A stretch of 64,000 nucleotides of DNA from Nemertoderma westbladi (taxonomy: Eukaryota; Animalia; Xenacoelomorpha): assembly GCA_032718475.1 (NCBI GenBank), contig JAUCBJ010000629.1, positions 34,550 to 98,549 on the forward strand. The letters are read 5' to 3'. Shown here piece by piece: positions 61,934-64,000 of the stretch; the stretch's first letter is position 1; each line of letters opens with the position of its first letter. The position numbers and the translations under genes are program-made. The notes beneath the pieces were generated by a model. That model searched no databases. It was not told the DNA's origin and was given only the letters and a program-made list of their open reading frames with translations.

Positions 61934-64000
61934 ATGTCTGATACTAAGCAGAACCTGTCAGACAGTTTATTAGATGTAACTATCTGCGACTCAGATAGAG
62001 GCGTAGAACCGTCTAGTCGTAAGTTCAGTTCACCTCCCACTGTGAGGAAGGTCATCCCTCCAGTAGTAATAAAAGAACCTAGGCTGGTCCAACATCGTAG
62101 GTCTATCATAGGCACTCGAGCTCAGGTCAAGCGGGACCAAGAAGCAGCGGAACAGCAACAACCCGCGAGCCAAGAACTTACTTCTCAACGGCCCAACAGC
62201 TCCAGTAGTGAGGATACTGTAGAACTGACACCAGAACGCGGAGCAAAGATGATGGATGCGGTTTATTCGGATCCCCTTCTCATCCTTCCTGCAGCCGTAC
62301 TCACTAGGTTATTGATTGCAGTGGAAGAACACCAGATCGATTGGGCGAGAAGTCAACGATCAACTAAAGATAATTATGCGGGATACACGAGTGAAGAACT
62401 GAAGTCTATTGTCGAGTCGCAATGGAACTTCCCCGGACCCGGACTCCCGTTTGATTTATCAGAAGCTGCCTGGGAAGACATACACCGGATGGGAGTAGCC
62501 AAGGAAACCATCGATCCAGCTGTGTGGAAGAGGTCCGCAGCCGGATACGCACAGGGATTCTTCAGCTCTATGGAGCGAGTAAAAGAACAACTGTTCCAAC
62601 AACCTCAAGGACCTCAAGAGCAGAGACAACTGCTTTATCAAGTTAGAGAAAGAATTCTGCGAATCAGGCTAATATTATCAGCCTTTGAAGAGGCTTCTAA
62701 AAGAAGACAAGACACGTCGTTGCAAGTTGCCGTAAAGACTTGGTTTCAACGGGTGAGTCGCCAGGTTCAAGGAACAGCTCAGTGGAAAGCTCAGCTGGAG
62801 GAGCGCTCAACCCATGGAGAATCAACAGACGCTACTTTTTCCCAAGTGGAAAGTGAAGCGATGGCAGAGAAACCGCATAAGAGGGATGCCATTGACATCT
62901 ATCTGTCAGACTATCAACGTTTTTTAGGTGATGACGAGTTGAGGAGAAGGTTAGAGGGACTTAGCCCTAATAGTGAAGGAACCAAGCTTGTGTTGGATGC
63001 CATCGATGTGGAAATGAGGGCTGCGAACCAGGCTAAATTTGATGAACAACTCCGCATCACACGAGTCCAGGAGGAGCAAGTAAAGAAAAAACGTATAGAA
63101 GACAGAAAGAAAGCAGCAGTGGTAGCTGCAGAAGCAGAAAGAAAAGCGGCAGCGGCAGAGGCAGCGGCAGAGGCAAAGGCGGCAGAGGCAGCGGCAGAAG
63201 CAAAAGCGGCCGAAGCTGAAAGAAAGGCGGCAGAGGCAGTGGCAGAAGCAGAACGGAGAGCGACTGAAGAAACCACCCAATTAGAATTGGAAAACATTCA
63301 GGAGAATCAAGACTGCATAAATAAACAGTTAACAGCTAGTAATATGCAGATGATGAATCGATCTACTCCCAAAAGACAGGGATATACATCATCTGAGGAA
63401 GGCGATACCACCGATACTGAAGGCAAGGGAAATAGATCTCGTCTAAGTAGACGTAAAAGAACATTCCACCGTCAGAAATTGCCTGATTTGCCTCCAGCTG
63501 TTAGAAGGCAACTAAATAACACCAACTTAGGTAGTACAGAGCCCACAGACCAAATAATTAAAATAGAAAGACTCCCTACTATAGTAGATGAGCCTGAAAT
63601 AATTAGGCCTGTTTTTGAAATCACCCCTTTGGTGATAGATACACCTGTGCTCCCTGAAGCTACCTCTAAATTCCCTCTGCATAGCACTAAGCTACCTGTG
63701 CCCAGTAGAACTGCCCAGGAGACAGTTCAGGTCCTGGACCCCGAGAGAAATATTCATGATTTGTCGCCCGTTGTCCCTCGTCCGCCCGCTACAACGTTGG
63801 CGACTCCCGCTTCGGCGGTCGAATGGGTGGACGAGAGACGGCGGGGGATGGATCTCCTGCTCGGGCAAATGCAGGAGACTGTTCAGCAATTCAAGGGCAC
63901 AGTAAGGGAAAGTAGGCTAGAGTTGCAAGAAGTGCAGCAAAGTATCGCGCTAGAACGCGATAAATTAGTAAATACTCAAAGAGGTATACCACCACCCTCA
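61934..64000 (+). CDS. Long intronless ORF (>=689 codons, open at window edge); probable Gag-like/ORF1 protein of a retroelement
   Basis: Manually read from AAACATGTCT at 61934 to 64000 with no stop (MSDTKQNLSD...KAAAAEAAAEAKAAEA...QRGIPPPS). Absent from the ORF track, presumably because it has no stop in the window. No catalytic motif recognised. Confidence 0.75.
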   Translation, partial: MSDTKQNLSDSLLDVTICDSDRGVEPSSRKFSSPPTVRKVIPPVVIKEPRLVQHRRSIIGTRAQVKRDQEAAEQQQPASQELTSQRPNSSSSEDTVELTPERGAKMMDAVYSDPLLILPAAVLTRLLIAVEEHQIDWARSQRSTKDNYAGYTSEELKSIVESQWNFPGPGLPFDLSEAAWEDIHRMGVAKETIDPAVWKRSAAGYAQGFFSSMERVKEQLFQQPQGPQEQRQLLYQVRERILRIRLILSAFEEASKRRQDTSLQVAVKTWFQRVSRQVQGTAQWKAQLEERSTHGESTDATFSQVESEAMAEKPHKRDAIDIYLSDYQRFLGDDELRRRLEGLSPNSEGTKLVLDAIDVEMRAANQAKFDEQLRITRVQEEQVKKKRIEDRKKAAVVAAEAERKAAAAEAAAEAKAAEAAAEAKAAEAERKAAEAVAEAERRATEETTQLELENIQENQDCINKQLTASNMQMMNRSTPKRQGYTSSEEGDTTDTEGKGNRSRLSRRKRTFHRQKLPDLPPAVRRQLNNTNLGSTEPTDQIIKIERLPTIVDEPEIIRPVFEITPLVIDTPVLPEATSKFPLHSTKLPVPSRTAQETVQVLDPERNIHDLSPVVPRPPATTLATPASAVEWVDERRRGMDLLLGQMQETVQQFKGTVRESRLELQEVQQSIALERDKLVNTQRGIPPPS

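Noticed and set aside
62459-63889. Minus-strand ORFs, including the Ala-rich and Cys-rich ones
   Set aside because: Antisense shadows of the long plus-strand ORF starting at 61934.

Overview
AT-rich eukaryotic (invertebrate-animal-like) genomic DNA made almost entirely of transposable elements and tandem repeats. I recognise no complete host gene; there is one candidate 162-bp coding exon on the minus strand. Main contents: (1) an 8.5-kb head-to-tail cluster of non-autonomous Helitrons (16327-24818, short copy at 46562-47343) whose ~147-bp internal repeats each carry a close match to the extended CTCF-binding motif; (2) a near full-length two-ORF LINE (~37037-42975) whose AUG-less ORF2 follows ORF1 in the same frame after one UGA-CUAG stop, suggesting stop-codon readthrough, with an intact RTE reverse-transcriptase segment lacking both ends inserted in its ORF1; (3) a decayed Gypsy LTR element (47881-53513, minus) and the 5' part of a probable second LTR element with a >=689-codon ORF running off the window; (4) DNA-transposon derivatives: P-superfamily (7-bp TSD), Academ, hAT-like, Crypton-like and a 296-bp Polinton/Maverick-type miniature element; (5) BEL/Pao, RTE and CR1 fragments, tRNA-derived SINE heads, a 39-bp 28S rDNA scrap and many minisatellites. 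All calls come from reading the sequence by eye; no database search was run, and copy counts and some boundaries are approximate.
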